Below are positions 1 through 14,480 of a stretch of 64,000 nucleotides of DNA, in pieces. This DNA comes from Lama guanicoe (lineage: Eukaryota): assembly GCA_013239625.1 (NCBI GenBank), contig MU054323.1:16992029-17056028 (forward strand). The letters run 5' to 3'. A model generated the notes under the pieces. That model saw only the letters and a program-made list of their open reading frames with translations. It ran no database searches and was not told the origin of the DNA. Positions within the stretch are counted from its first letter, which is position 1, and the number at the start of each line of letters is the position of its first letter. The translations under genes and the position numbers were made by a program.

Positions 1-622
1 AACGGGGCTGCTCTGCTTGAAGGAAGAGTGGGAGCTGGAGCCTAGGGACATTTTAAACCCCCTTATGTGTCTGAGACGCCATGAACTGGAATAAAAGGGA
101 GAATCCAGGAGTGTAGAACGAAAATCTGCCCACTCATACACAAGAGGAGGTTTTGCAAGAATCCTGGGGGCAAAGAGGATACAAGAATAGAAATGTTTAC
201 AGAACAAAAAAGAACTCACTGGAGGTATGTTCTGTTCTGTCTCTATCTATAAAGAGATTTTTCCCTCCGATGTCGGGCTCTGTCCTCAGTTCTCCCCCCA
301 GTGTCACTCACTGTGGGTTATCTCTTGTGCCCCAGGACTTCAGTTACCATGACAACCCGATCTCCAGGCCAGTTTCCTGGAGCAGACAACTGCTTACTGG
401 ACATCTTTACCTTGACACTCATGGACACACAAACCTAACGTGACACATCCAAAACCGAGTGTATCACCATCTCTCCTCCCCTACCCCTCTCCAGTGAACC
501 TGAGCTCAGGAGACAGGACCTCAATTCAACTTGCCGGACCCAGACATCCCGTGAGGCCTTTTTCTCACCTACTCTCCCTAAGGAAATTATTTACTGAATC
601 ATTCTGGAACCTATTCACCTTA

Positions 623-1083
623 TGTTAGTTTCCTATGGCTGCTGTAACAAATTACTACAAACTCAGTGATTTAAAACAGCACAGACTCATTATCTTGCAG
701 TTCTGGAGATCAGAACTTTAAAGTGGGTTTCACTGAGCTAAAATGAATGTGTCAGCAGGGCTGCATTCCTTCCAGAGGCTTTAGGGGGAATCAGTCCCTT
801 TGACATTGTCCAGTTGCCTGCACTCCTTGGCTCCTGGTTGCTTCCTCCATCCTGAACGCCAGCAGCCCAGCATCTTCAACCTTCTGGCTTTATCTGCCTT
901 CTTCATCCATCTTTTTAAGAATTCATGTGATCACCTTGGGGCCACCCAGATAATTCAGGATAATCCTCCATCTCAAAATCCTGAATTTAATCCCATCTGC
1001 AAAGTCCTTTTTGCCTTGTCAGGTAACACAGGCCCTGGGGATTAGGAAATGGACCTCTGCGGGCCATTACTCTGCCTACCACA
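623..1083 (-). mobile_element. MaLR solo LTR (MLT1C-like)
   Basis: Typical ends gttagtttcctatggctgctgtaacaaattactacaaact and cattactctgcctaccaca. Confidence 0.8.
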
Positions 1084-2199
1084 CACCTCTTCCCACCCAA
1101 CACCACCGCACCAGCATCTCCCTTCCGGCTCCAGTGGGCACAAGTACACTGCTCTTACCCATCCCAGCCCTTGTTCCATCCTTTCATAACTGCCTGTCAC
1201 AGGCCTGTCTTCTCTGAGCTTTACCTGCCTTGAGGACAAGGTCAGAATCTGGTTCCATATTGTCCCCCAAGTACCTCATAAGGCTCAATAAGTATTTTCT
1301 GAATAGAATTTTTAAAAATAAAATTACTCCTCTGATTGAAAACTCTTTGTGTCTCAGACCTGATCTGGTTTGCCTATGTTCAACTCTAGCCCAGGTCTTG
1401 TTTTCTTAGTGTTTACTACCTATTGTTGGCCTGATTGAAGAGCGTAGAGACAAAGTCAGAAGAGGGACACTTTATTAGGGGAAGGAAGGGGCCAGTAAAC
1501 AGCTCAAGGCTTGTCTATCAGTCCCAGATCAGGAAGGCAACTGGGGACAAGGCCCTGGCAGAAAGTCCTGGCAGGTTTTCCGAAGCAGGGATCCAGAAGA
1601 GAGGTTCCCCTCTAGGGTCACATGGGTGAGGCTGGACACTGTTGTCTGTAATTTCATCGCTGGCCAGAGCCAGATTCCTGCGACATAATAGGAATTCCAG
1701 GACAGCACACATGAGGCAGCAGCTGGACCGTCAGCCTCAGGCTAGATGAAGGCCGGGCCAGTGTGGCAGCCCCCACCGCCCCCCACCCCTACCCCTCCTC
1801 TTCCCCCACCAAAGCCCCCTCCCCATCTCCCTTTCCTTCCTATGTACTCCTGAATGCCAGACCCACACAGGGCAGACATTCAAGACAGTACTATCAAACT
1901 TCTAGCAACTTCAACAGCTGCTAGGACTGATGAGAAAAAAAAAAAATGTTAACAAATGACCCCTTTCCATCTGTTTTTAATAGAGGAAAGATTTACAAAA
2001 TCATTATTAGTTTCCTTCAGCAGTTAGTGAAGCCAAGACAAATCACATCAAAAGTCCTTGTAAACTTAGTTCATATAGACTAGAAGATAAACAAGCCTCT
2101 TTTTCCTATTCCTGTCTCTGTTTTTTTTTAACTTTTTAAAATAAATAAAGTATATATTATTAGGACTTTTCACAGCCAGAAGTCAGTTTTTCACTTCCA

Positions 2200-4250
2200 C
2201 TCCATGTGGAAGTTTTTGCTGTGGTTTATTTATTGTCACAGCTGTGTGATCTTCTGTAGCACGTCTGTTTCACAATGTCTTTTTCTCTTGCTGGACATTG
2301 AGGTTGTTCTCAGTTCTTCTCTTCTTTCAAATAATTCTGCAGTGTATTCTGTGTGTATGCTTATGCACGTGTGGGAAAATCTAAAGATGGGCCCATCTTT
2401 ACTAAACGAGTAATTACTAAACTGTACAAAACGGTCACATCAGCTTACTACCCATCCCACCCCACCCAAAGGCATATGTATTCCTGTTGCTCCACATCTT
2501 CCCCAAGACTTCATCAAATGTTTTTGGTTTTCACCAATCTTATGAGTATGAATTGGTGTCTGGTTTGCTGTAATTTACATTACCCTGACTACTAGGGAGA
2601 TCAGGCACTTTTTTGTGCATTTACTGGCCTTTTAGATTTCTTCTGTGTATTTCCCATCTGTATCTTTGGCCTAATTTTCTATTGAGTTATTTGTTTTTAC
2701 ATATGCATTCTGGTCACTAGCCCTCCATGATTTATAGGCTATGTCTGTTCAGGTCCTCCAAGAAGCAGACACCAAGAGAGAATGAGAAGTGCAAGCCAAT
2801 TATTGGGGGTCAATGCTCCTAAAGGGTAATGGGAAAAGGAGCTGGAGTACTTGGTTGGGAAGAGCCTTCAGATCCCAATGCAGATCTTGACACCGGTGAC
2901 CAGAGAGAAGAAAGGAGAGCTGGGTAGGGAGAGCATCCATCAGCAAGGCAGTTCTGAGAAAGTCTCGGTCAGGCTAAGGAGCAGCCCCAGAAGAAAGTTT
3001 GCCTTTTGAAGGAGACCAGCACTGGGCAAGAATGGCTCAGCTCAGGTTCTCCCACCATGCTCAGTCACTGGTGGGGATCGGGCCAAGGGGAAGCATGGCC
3101 TGGGCTCAAACATGGTGGATCTTGAAAGTGCAGCAGCTACAGGCTGTCAGCCAATCACACACCAGGCTGGTGCTTCTCTCCTGAAGGGAGACCGAGCAGC
3201 ACACGCCTTAGGCTGCCCTGTCACCAACAGCTTCTCCTGGTTCGTGTCTGTGTATTTTTTATCTTTACCTTATGGCCTCTTTTGATGAAAAGCAGCTTTA
3301 CATTTTAATGCAGACAAATGTATCACTATTTTTCTTTATGGTGGTGTACTTTTTGTGTTTTCAGATATTATTGCCTACACTATGATCTTGAAAGTTTTCT
3401 ATATTTTCTCCTAAAAGTCCTAAAGTTCTGCTGCTGAAAATTTTCACCTAGAATTTAATGGATTGTTTTGGTTTTAGTTTTCTACACGGCTTCCTGAATT
3501 CCCAGTGCCATTCACTGAATAGTTGGTTCTTTCTATACAGATCTGCATGTTGCCTCTGTCATGTATCAAGTCTTCACATGAACAGGAACCTGCCTGGGGG
3601 CTAGTTCCAGGGTCTGTCTGTCTCTTTCTGGGCTAATTCCACACTGCCTTAACTTTTTAAAAAGTATATTTATTATTGTATTACTTATTTTTTATTTTGG
3701 TCAGGGGGTAATTAGGTTTATTTATTTTTAGAGGAGGTACTGAGAATTGAACCCAGGACCTTGTGCATGCTAAGCACACACTCTACCACTGGAGCTACAC
3801 CCTTGCCCCACACTGCCTTAATTTAATAAGTCTTATTAGGCAAGTCACTCATCTTGTTTTCTTCAAAATTTCATAGTTACTTTGGCCCTTTGCTTTTTGG
3901 CAACAAGCTAGAATCATCTATCTAGTTACACACAAAATATCCTGTCTTGATTTAGTTGGATTCACCGAGAATTTATAGATTAATTTAGCAAGAATTGAAA
4001 TCTTTTGACAGTGAATCTGTGTATCATGAACACATCTTATCTATCAAAGAATACCTAAATAAGTGAAGTTTTATAATTTTATTCATAAAGATTATGCATA
4101 TATTTCATTAGATTTATTTCTGGTCCTTTATAGCTTTTGTTTCTCTTATAAATGTTAGCTTTAAAAGTTTTGCTTCCTCACTGTGATTGGTCATAAAAAT
4201 GCAAATTGATTTTTGTATAATGAGCTTCTATTTAGCAACCTGATGCCTTC
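2200..4250 (-). mobile_element. Old L1 fragments, interrupted by an MLT1-like LTR (~2742-3220) and a SINE
   Basis: Antisense L1 ORF2 and 3' UTR motifs (gtaatttacattaccctgactacta, aatttatagattaatttagcaagaattga). Confidence 0.65.
3653..3807 (-). mobile_element. tRNA-derived SINE (camelid Vic-1-like)
   Basis: A and B box head (agctccagtggtagag, ggttcaattctc), A-rich tail, 14-bp TSD ccacactgccttaa at 3639-3652 and 3808-3821. Confidence 0.85.
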
Positions 4251-7200
4251 TCTTATAATAAAACTCCTTGAGGCTCTTTTTCACACATCTCTAGAAAATC
4301 TGGATCCTTCTGTACCCAAGGAAAAACCCATCAGCAGGTTACCCAAGAAGCCCAAGCTGGGAGAAGGGCTATTTGCTGACTCCCCTGGCTAAACAGCAAC
4401 GCCCCCTTCTGGAGACCTGCCAACAGGACAGAACTCTCCCCGGGACAGCTGCTGTGCCTGTGTAGATCAAACAAGGATCTGGTCAGAGTGGCCTAGCTTG
4501 AGGTCAGCTTTACTGTTACAAAACAGAATGAGCCCCAGGCAAAAGGCTCAGCGCCAACTGGGTTAGACAGGGGGCTGCCTGGGTGACCTGATTAGAGGAT
4601 GTCGTTTCTTGATTGGCCACATCCACTCTGTCCTTCCACTCTCCCTACTTGGAAAGGCCTTGGGGATATCAGAAAGCAGGCCAGAAGGAGGAGGCAGCAC
4701 TGCGACAATGGGAGTCAGAGTGAAGCCTGCCCCCGCCCACCACTCCCCCGACTCAGCCCTCAAGCCATTCCCCAGCTAGGTCCCGCCAGAAGTGTCCACC
4801 TGGCCCGACTGCTGGAGGGCAGCAGGGCAGCTTCGAGAGCCCTGTGTGAGGCCAAGAAGATGTGTTCTATGGCCCGTGGGCTCTGGTCATCCTCAATAGA
4901 CACTGGAGAAAGAAAGAGGACAAAGATGTGTTGCCCATTTCATAGACACGGGCCTCTCCTGGGCCCTCAGCTGTCTCCACAAAACAGTCCTGAGGTGAGG
5001 TCTCTTTTCCAGAGCTCCCACTGTCTCCTCTCTTATCTCTCCATGGCCTACTCGGGTATACAGGGTCCCAGTGACTTAATGAGAAGGCCTAGGTTTTATT
5101 TCCATATCCACCTGTATCTAAAGTGTGAGCCTGTGGGGCACAGTGAGAAATGAATGTGCTCTGAGTCAGACAGACCTGAGTTCGAATCCTGTAGCAGTCA
5201 CCTTTCCTGATCTTTGGTTTGGTCTAAGGGAGAAGAATATACCTCCCTGTGGGGCTGTTGAAATGATTGAATTAAATCATGTACATTGCTGCAGAGTGGA
5301 TGCTGAGAAAGCTGTTTGTGTCCTTACAAGGTTCACAGCAAAATCACTAAATCACTTCTCCAGTTTCAAGGGGTGTCAGGTACTTGTCTACTTCACCTCT
5401 TCTCCAGGGAACCAAGAAAGTTAGTCCTGCCGAAATGAACATTTCATCCTCACAACAACCCTATGAGGTGGATGGAGTAGATACTATGGCCACGCTGCAA
5501 ATGAAGAAACTGAGGTTCAGAGAAGCAACGTGACTTCCCAAAGTCTGATGCAGGACATGGCAGAGCAGAGGAAAGAAGCTGAGTCCCTCTTGGAGCCTCT
5601 GCTGCCTGCCCTCCCCCCTTTCCTTTTCCTGTCCTGGTGACTTAGCCCCAGACTTCAGATAACCCCATGGTTTTCAGCTGAGCTCCAGGGCAGTCCTGAC
5701 CTCCCTGTTTCAGATGGTAAGTTAAATATTTCAATTGCCAAGAGCAACAGTTCACTGACTCATGTGACCCTTCTAGTCTCCAGTGTTTTCCTGCCTACAA
5801 GAATGGACTGAAAGGCTATTGTTTTTCTTATTCTTCCTTTTCACAGGAACTGCCATTCTGTATAATGCCCCGATCTGCAAAGTGCAATCAGATAAAGGTG
5901 GACAGGAAAGAAAGGTTAATGGGAAGAAAAGAAGGGCAAGAAAGGCTATTTATAGGAATCAGCAAACCATTATTTAAACAAAAAGTGATTGTTCTCACTA
6001 TATAGTGCCTTTATTATAATGATCTATGCATCTGTAAGGCTTCCTCCATTCATCTGTAAGGTTCTGGAGTGTGCGTGTTGTGTGCGCACACGAATGTCGG
6101 TCTGTGTCTGTATTTAATCTTCTGTTGCACCTGGCCTGGCATCTAACACGTAAACAACTAACCTGTTGAAGGGAGGAATGGGTGGCCCATCTTCCCAGAA
6201 ATGCCTTCTCTGGCTCTCAGGTCTGACATTCGCACCACGAGAGTTTTCACCTCTTGGACACCGTTCCCGTTTACTAGGGTAACCAGGTCCTACCCACTGT
6301 CTACAGAGCAGAGCAGAATACCACGGGAAAGGCCCCTCGATGAATTAAATGGAGGAAAATGATAGCCTTTGGGATGTGGTCCTTTGTGGGATGGGAACAT
6401 GTTCTTGGGACACGGAGTGTGGCTCTAACCCTTGTAGGGAGATGAGGAACCGCTCCACAAGGAGCACCCCTGAGAAGGCAGGCGCTGCTCCCGCCATCAT
6501 CCATCAGGACCTCTCTGACTTGGGTCTGGTCCAAGGGGCTCCTGTGTAAGTCAAGCTGATGCCCTTGGTCTCCATCAAAATGGGGCTGACTACTAGGGAC
6601 CTCTGTGGAGCCCAAAATAATCTTCAGAACAGGGGATGTCCAGAGCCTCATTCCATCAGGACAAGCCAAGAGGCTACTGATGTACTTTTTTTTCTCATTT
6701 ATCTGTTTCATTTATCATCTGATCATTGGTTTATTCAGTTACTCATTCATTAACATACTTATCCCTGCTTTGTCACAAAATGGATTTAAGGTGAAACCAG
6801 TTTATCCAAAAGATGACATTTTTAAGTCAATTCGTGTCTATCATCAATTGCATTCAATAATTTTACTCAACAAATAATCATTAAATGCCCCCTCTACTAG
6901 CAGCGAGAGAACATCGGCGAAAAGATAAAGATGGATCCCACCCGAACGCACCTTCTAGTCTAGGTGCGGCTGTGGACAAGTAACAATGACAATACATGTC
7001 AACTGTTTTATAATTCTAGTGATCCAGGCTAAATATTCTCTCTTACTATCAGTCAGTCCCTAATCACCACAAAAATTAGTTTTCATAGCTGTTTATATTT
7101 ATGTACTCTAATGACATCTCACTAACTGTCACAGCATTCCTTTGCAACCAAAAACTGCTCCCCAGATGAAGGCTGATGCAGCAGCAGCCCCCTGCCCCTA

Positions 7201-7884
7201 CCCCCAGCCTTTGCTGCCCAACAGCCTGCTGGTGGAATTCTCTGCTTATAAATGGAAGACCTTAAAAACAAACACATCAACGAGAATGAATGTTAAAGCA
7301 GTCGGCAGACAATTTTAAATGCAACTTGCAAATTACAAGTAAGCATGGGGAGGCAGCTAAACTGGCCGAGATTCCATTCAGGGTCTAGCTCTATTTAGCT
7401 CAGATGAAGAAATGGCAGCTTGACCACTGACTCCAGGTCACCCCAGAAGTTAGTGAAAAACCAAGACCCATGAGCCAGTCTTCACCTCCCCAGTCAGAGA
7501 CACAGGGTATTTGGACCTTGAATGTGGTTTTTTTTTTTTTCTGAATGTGTTTTAATTTATTCTCTCATTTTATCTCCTCAGGATGTCACATTTGGCAAAT
7601 GGGAGAAAATCAGGCCAGAGAAAGATAGATGACTTCCCTATGGTTAGTCACAAAGTCACTGTCGGGGTTGTAACAGGAATTCTGGGACCCAAGTTTCCTA
7701 GCACCAGGTATTAACAGTAAATAGAGCACCTGCTACACCTTTTGAGAGCAGCAGCATGACTTACGAGGAAGCCCTAGCATGTCAACTGTTACTATTGTCA
7801 TACATCTTAGCTTGAAGTGAAGAAAGGGCTCTGGTCTAGGCTGAGGGTCAATCTACTTTTTAATGCAACGACATGATCTAGCAC

Positions 7885-8075
7885 AGCAGTTCTCAAAGTG
7901 TGGTCCTGGGACTCCTAGCATCAGCGTCACCTGGGGACTTAATAGAAATGCACATTCCCCAACCTCACTGAAGACCAACTGGGTCAGACACTCTGGGAGA
8001 GGGGACCACAGTCTGCGTTTCAACAAGCCTCGTGGGGGGAATTCTGATGTATGCTCAAGTTTGAGGACATCTGCT
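7885..8075. mobile_element. MER5A-like hAT-Charlie DNA transposon relic (similar copies near 9548-9725 and 33820-34010)
   Basis: cagcagttctcaaagtgtggtcc...agcatcagcgtcacctggg...tcaagtttgag. Confidence 0.75.
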
Positions 8076-11000
8076 CTACGGCAATGTTCTCAAGTTTTGG
8101 TCCTGGGATCCCCTAGCCTCAGGATCTCCAAGGAGCTTCTAGAATAGGTGATTTGGAGGTGCAAGAAAATGAGAGAACCAAGGTTTACTCCTGCAGCCCA
8201 GCATTTCCTAAAGTGGCCTAATCTTAAGTATTACCAGGGACCTCTTAAAAAAAAACCATTATCTGACCCCTGTCCCAGGGGATTCAGAATCAGAGTGAGA
8301 GGGAAGAGTTGCAACAGCCAGGCTCAGATTCAGATGTCCCTTAGAGGCTGTGGGCCTCTCCTGGGGCTCCAGCAAGCACTGGTTTACTTAGAATATCCAC
8401 CTCAGCCCAACACCATCAACATGTAAGAGGGACTGGCTTGCTGGTCCTTCATTCAGATGATAAATACTATTCAAAACATAACCTACTGGGTTTTTTTAGC
8501 CTAAGAAAGTATAAAAACTTTTTAAATACACATTTCTGTCTCTGATTATTTTTCAGGTTAATTACGGGCAAAGAGCAGCCCATAGAGACCCCTGAAAACA
8601 AAGCATTCAGTCAGGATGGAGAAGAGACTGTCAACAAACTAAGGGAGAAGAGGGACACTAAGTGGGAGAGGGGGCAAGAAGGCAAGGGAGAGGGACAGAG
8701 AAGCTGAGATTTCATGGAAAACGAATAAAGGATGATTCTGATCCATTAGATTCATGGTAGGGAGCCCAGCTTGATGGTCAAACACAAGGGCTTTCGAGGC
8801 TGCTCAGTTTAAGTACCAGTTCTGACTCTTTCTAACAAGCAGCTGAAGCAACGTTTTTGAGCCTCAGTTTCCCAATCTATAAATTCGATAATAATAGTGC
8901 CTCCCTTGAAGGGTTTTGAGTAGCAAATGCAATGAGGTATTTGGTATTTAACAGGAGCATCACCTAGCGTGGCCACACTGACAGCAAGAAGCACTCAGTG
9001 CAAACCATTATGATTCTAACATCTCTTCTGCAGAAATCATTTCCAATCTGAAATCAAATTCATCACTTCTTAGTCAGGAAGAAGGCAGTACCCTTGTAGA
9101 CCATTCCCATGATGACAAGTCCTGTCCCCGACTTACTGTAAAACCAGACCACACACAAGTGGAAGATGTTACAGGGCTCTTATTGTCCCACTGATGAATG
9201 AGGAGAGGCGGATCAGACAAGGAACCTACTCCCGGGATGGTGGGGCCAGCAGCCCTCAGGGCCCAGTGGGTGTCTAAGCCTCCCCTTCTGCTCAATTTAA
9301 AATTCATCCCAGGTGCACCTTCTGCCTGCAGCTCAGTTGGGCTAAGTGGGTTCTTCTGTTCCAAAGACTGGCTCCCTCTTCCTCACCTCAATTCATACTC
9401 CAAGCAAAACAGGGCAAGTTGATTACAAAAGAGACAAGGTTAACAAGAATTGTATTTTCTCTGGGAGACTTCCTGCAAAGGGGCTGGGGTGCTCCAAGCT
9501 AGAGCAGGTTGATAGACTACAGACTGGTTAATGGGTTACTCTCCACCAGTGGTTCTCAAACTTGAGTGTGCATCACAGTCCCCTGGAGGGCTTGTTCTAA
9601 CAAAGACAGCTGCACCCCACACCCGGAATTTCTAACTTCCTAATTCTAGGATGGGGCCTGACAATCTGCCTTTCTAACAAGTTCCCAGGAGACGGTGGTG
9701 ATGTTACCGGCTCCTAGATCATACTCTACGCTTCAAAGAAAAACTACAATTTATCAGAAAATATACATTAACATCAAAAAGTCAAAATGAAAGATACTCC
9801 TCCTCAATGGCTAACTACAATGGAGGCTGGAAGGAAGAATAAAATAATATCACTAAATAGACATCAGATTATCTTTATTGTGTCATACTTAATTATAGTA
9901 TTAGTCCCAATCACCAAGCACAGTAGTTTTGCTTATGATACTGATGGTCATCTCATAATTTCATTTTTAATTTATGAAAAACTTTGGTATCCATTATCCT
10001 GTGAAACCCCTTGAATGACCATTAGTTCAAAAGCATTTCCCACTTTATGAGAAATTTCCAACATCAGAACCACCAAGTCAGGGATGGTGTGTCTGGACCG
10101 ATACAGGGAACTCAAGGGAAAACCTGGAGTACCTTCTAGTCTTCTCTCATTTAGCCTGGAAACATTCATTCAATCAGTTTGTTAACACTTTGGTGCTGAG
10201 ACCGTGAGATGCAATGAAGGTCTATGGGTAGGACCACAGCTAAAACCAGCCCCAGGGGAAAATGAGATGGGAGGACTGGCAGCCTAAAGACTGGGGTATG
10301 AGGGTGGCTGCCCAAGGACAAAGGAGGAAGGAGACACTGAAATAAGGTTATGGGGAGGTGCTGGGTACCTGCTTTTGTGCCATCTTGATTATCAAAGGGG
10401 CTGCAAGATGCAAAGGAGAGGAGTGAAGGTGAGAGGAAAAACAGTTCCTGACTGCTCCAGAGGGAAATCAAAGAAACATTAATGGCTCGGCTCCTGACCA
10501 GCTATGTGTGCCCTGTTTAACTCACAAGAGCCTCACCTCTCCCTCGTGGATTGTCCCAGTTCTCATCTCTTGACCCAGGAAGGCGTGCTTTCTGTATAGG
10601 TCATTCCACAAGGAGGCTGGGTGACTTATTTCTGGGAGGATGTGGTGCAGGTCCATGGAGGGAGAAGATAGACAGCTCAACCTCAGACAGAAATATGTAC
10701 CCTGAAATTTGAGATGCCTGTAGCTGACTCCTTTGGAGACCAGTGTCAGGTAACTGAGGACAAGTCTGTAAACACAGGCGCCTCTGTCCGCTCCTGTTCT
10801 GTGAGCAGAGTCCAGGACCTCTCTCCCACAGGCAGCCTCCTCAGGGCTCCAAACCAGCTCCTGGTATAGAGACTGTGCCTGGGAAGGAATATTTCCGTTG
10901 TGCAGGCTCAAAAGAGGCTTCTGGGTGAGCTCAGTGCCTCAGTGGACAGCAATGCACTCAAAAAGGGGGTGCTGATTAAAGTGTTAAGTGTTGGAAAACA

Positions 11001-12574
11001 GGATGGATAAGGCTAGGGGGCTCAAAACACAGAAGGCTGAGGGCTTTTGAACATATCAAAGGAAAGGTGGTACTCAGGTATTCTCTGTTTCCACAGCATG
11101 AGAGTGTTTGGTTACACATAAGTGGATTATCTCAGGAAGCTAAAAAAATTCCTTCAGGAGTATTGCCCTGCCCTGAACTTGGAGAATGCATGGTAAACGG
11201 CACCCTTTGCAATCGGGGGGACAGCCCAGAGGCAAAGGCATGGGTGTGGGGTCTAGAAGCAGTTCTGAGGAGCCATAGAGGAGGTGAGACACAGAAGCCT
11301 CCCACCCCTACCAAACACACACTCACACAATCAAAAAGATTAACTGAAAACTTAAGGGCCAACTCTCAAAGAAATTAGGCTGTAATGTTACAACAGATGG
11401 TGAGGTGGCTGTTTTAGGCTTAGATTTGTCTGCCCCTCCTCCTCGACCCTCTTTCCCCAACGTAAATGCCACTGCTTATTCTGACACTTGGAGAAGGAGG
11501 AGGAGCAAGATTCGTGCCCAGAATCATCCTAAGCAGAAGCCGATCCAAGCCTGGGTGGTTGCCCTCCATGGGCCCTGCCAGGCAGCTGTTGTGTGCCCAT
11601 CCACAGAGGGCTGGCTGGGTCCCGTTGCAGACCCAAGGGTCCCCACACCATGGGTGCCAGCCAAGAATGGAGATTAGCAGCAAAATCAAATGCAAACCTT
11701 GACAGTCCCTTTGCCCGTGGGCTTCTGCGTCTGCACGCTTCAGATTCTGCAAGCAGTTCAACACCTGAAATGAGCTCCCTGGGGAGAGGTTCGGGGTCAC
11801 CAGATCCTCTGAGAGGCTCCAGATCCCTAGAGACTGATGATAGCTCACCTCCTGTCAGAAGCAGAGAGCTGTGGACCCAGTCACAGTGCACAGTGTAAGA
11901 TGCTCAAGGCAGGCCCTCGGACCACACTGCCTGCCTGGTCCCCCGAATGCCCTCAGGAGCTGCCATACGCCTCTACTCACAATATGGTCCTTGCCCCCAG
12001 ATGCCTCTCTGTTTTCCCCCTGTCAGTCTAAATCCTGTGCATCCTTCCAGGACTAACTGAAAGATACTTCTTCCTTGAAGCACCCCTGCCCACAGAGATC
12101 TCGCCCTCCTATGAATTCTTCACCCTCCCTGCCTACACCACTCATCTGACTTCCCTGGCCTCTACTCCCTTCAAGATTAGTCTGTCTAGATGATTACACT
12201 CTTCAAAAAAATCTCCCCCCACATAGTGTGCACAGTAGGTATTCACATACCTATTGTTTGGCTGCCTAAGCCTGGATTATGGACAAACTTTTTCAAAAAG
12301 ATATTTTTATTGGACCTGCATTACATCCTCTCAGAAGTAAACAGCCCAGCCTTCTGAGGTGTATAACACATCAAGGAAGGTCTTGCTAAACCCAGGAGAA
12401 TGGATCAGGGCATATCTACTCATACAGAGAAAAAAACAGAAAATTGAAAATATTCCTAATCCTACCATCCAGAGTCAAGCATTTCATAAGCGTTACAGTA
12501 TAGCCTTCCAGAAGTTTACTTATTTATACACATAACAGCTTCATTGAGCTATAATTCACATTCCATACAATTTG

Positions 12575-13950
12575 GACACCCATAAGGAAAAATACAAAAT
12601 CAGACCCATTTCTCACACTACATACCAGGATAATTCCAAATGAGTCAAAGATCTAAATGTCAAAATGAAACCTTACAAATAATAGGGAAAAAAGGGGTGA
12701 AACATTTTATACCCTAGAAGAGGCAAAATTCCAGAAGTAATACGAGAAAAGATGAATAAATCTGGCTCCATAGCAATTTTTTTTAAAGCCCTAAGTAAAA
12801 TCAAAAGGCAAATGAAAATCTGGGAGAGACAACTGCAAATTATATCACAGACAAAGGGCTAATATCCTTAACAACTAAAGAACTTGAAAGAAGAAGAAAA
12901 AGCCCAGTAACTTGATTTTTTTTTTAATGGGCAAGAGATATGAACAGGCATTTCACAGAAAAAGAAGAGAAATGAAACTAATGAAAATATACATTCACTA
13001 TTGCTCATAACAAGAGGGTTGCAAATTTAAACTATCCTGAGATACTATGTCTTATCTGTCAGATGAGCAAAAACCCAAAAGCTTGACAATATACTCTACT
13101 GGTGAGGTTCTGGGGCAACAGTTACTCTTCTGCATTGCGGATGGGAATTCAAAATGGTACAGCCTCTGTGGAGGAGGGTTTCATCATGTCTAGCAACATT
13201 GCATGTGTTTCTTCCCTTTGGCCCAGCAATCACAGTTCTGGGAGTCTACTCCAAATATAACTACTGAAATTGTGAAATGACATATGTTCAAGCTTATTCA
13301 CTGCAGCATGATCTGCAATAGCAAAGACTGGAAGAAACTCAAATGTCCATCAGTACGGGCTGGTTGGATAAATTCTGGAATGCACACACAGTGGAGTGTT
13401 ACACCACTGTAAAGAGAATAAGGATGGCCTCTGAAATACAAGGTCAAAAGAGTAAGCATCATATTAGAAAGGGAGGAGGAATAAAGGCACTCACACATGT
13501 AAACAATGATGGGAGGATAAAGCTGAAACTAATAAACTTGTCTCTAAGGCTAGGAAGAGACTGAGCCTTGAGTAGGGAAGAGGGCAGAAAGGTAAGCTAT
13601 ATTTCTCTGTTTATATCTTTATTATAATTTTGACTTTCAGCCATGTAGACATTTTGCAGTATTATAAAACAAAATCGTATTTAGAAAAGGCAGCTCCCAT
13701 CACATCAATCAAAAACAAACTGGGACAAACAAAACTAACAGTGTATCAAACTGATTTCACAATCACACAGGGAAGAATTATTTTAAGTGACTTTAAAATA
13801 CGGTATTTTGACTGAACATCCCTAGTGGGAAAGTGCCTACAGACAAAGAGAGCCACAAAGACATCTTAAACCCATCTTCTCAGTCTTCCTAGTTATTCCA
13901 CAGGACAAATGACCTAGTTTCACCAATAAATAAAATGTATAAAAACTAAA
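12575..13950 (+). mobile_element. Old L1M 3' fragment
   Basis: Degenerate ORF2 C-terminal motifs (aatgggcaagagatatgaacaggcatttcacagaa, aaatggtacagcctctgtggag). Confidence 0.75.
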
Positions 13951-14480
13951 AGGAAGACATTCTTTTATGGATAAGAAAAAACTTTAAGACCTACAACCAA
14001 ATGCACCTGTAGAAAGAGAGTTTTGAAATACTCAGAGAACACTGAACTCTAACATTAGGTGACCTTTTTTTTTTTAACATTAGGTGACATTAAGGAATTA
14101 TTTTTAATTTCATTGAGTGTGATAATGGTATTGCAGTTACTTTTTAAAATCCTTTCTCATTAGAGATTTTTTCCCCCTTACATTTATTTTGTTTGTCCGT
14201 TTTAATGTAGGGGTTGTTTTTTTTTTAAGTGGGGCTTTAAGTGGGTTCCCAGGCATCTGGACAACAGAGCAAAGAGATGCCTTTGAGAGCCCCAAGGTAA
14301 CGTTCCAGGGCTCTGTGACACCAAGTCCTACAACACACACCTAAGTCAATGGTGAATTTTTCAGAAAGTGCAAGTGAGGAATTGGGAGTCTTAAAGAGAA
14401 TGACCTTATAACACATACTGTGTTGGATCAAGTTGGTTGAATTGGAAAAACATTCTTGGCAGGTAAAAATCAACCCATCC

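Noticed and set aside
4599..5153. 184-aa ORF, and similar long ORFs at 21551-22108, 28608-29090 and 30325-30783
   Set aside because: No recognisable domain or exon structure; lengths are compatible with chance in GC-richer intergenic DNA.
11405..11898. Cluster of overlapping ORFs on both strands
   Set aside because: GC-rich, stop-poor sequence with no recognisable protein similarity.
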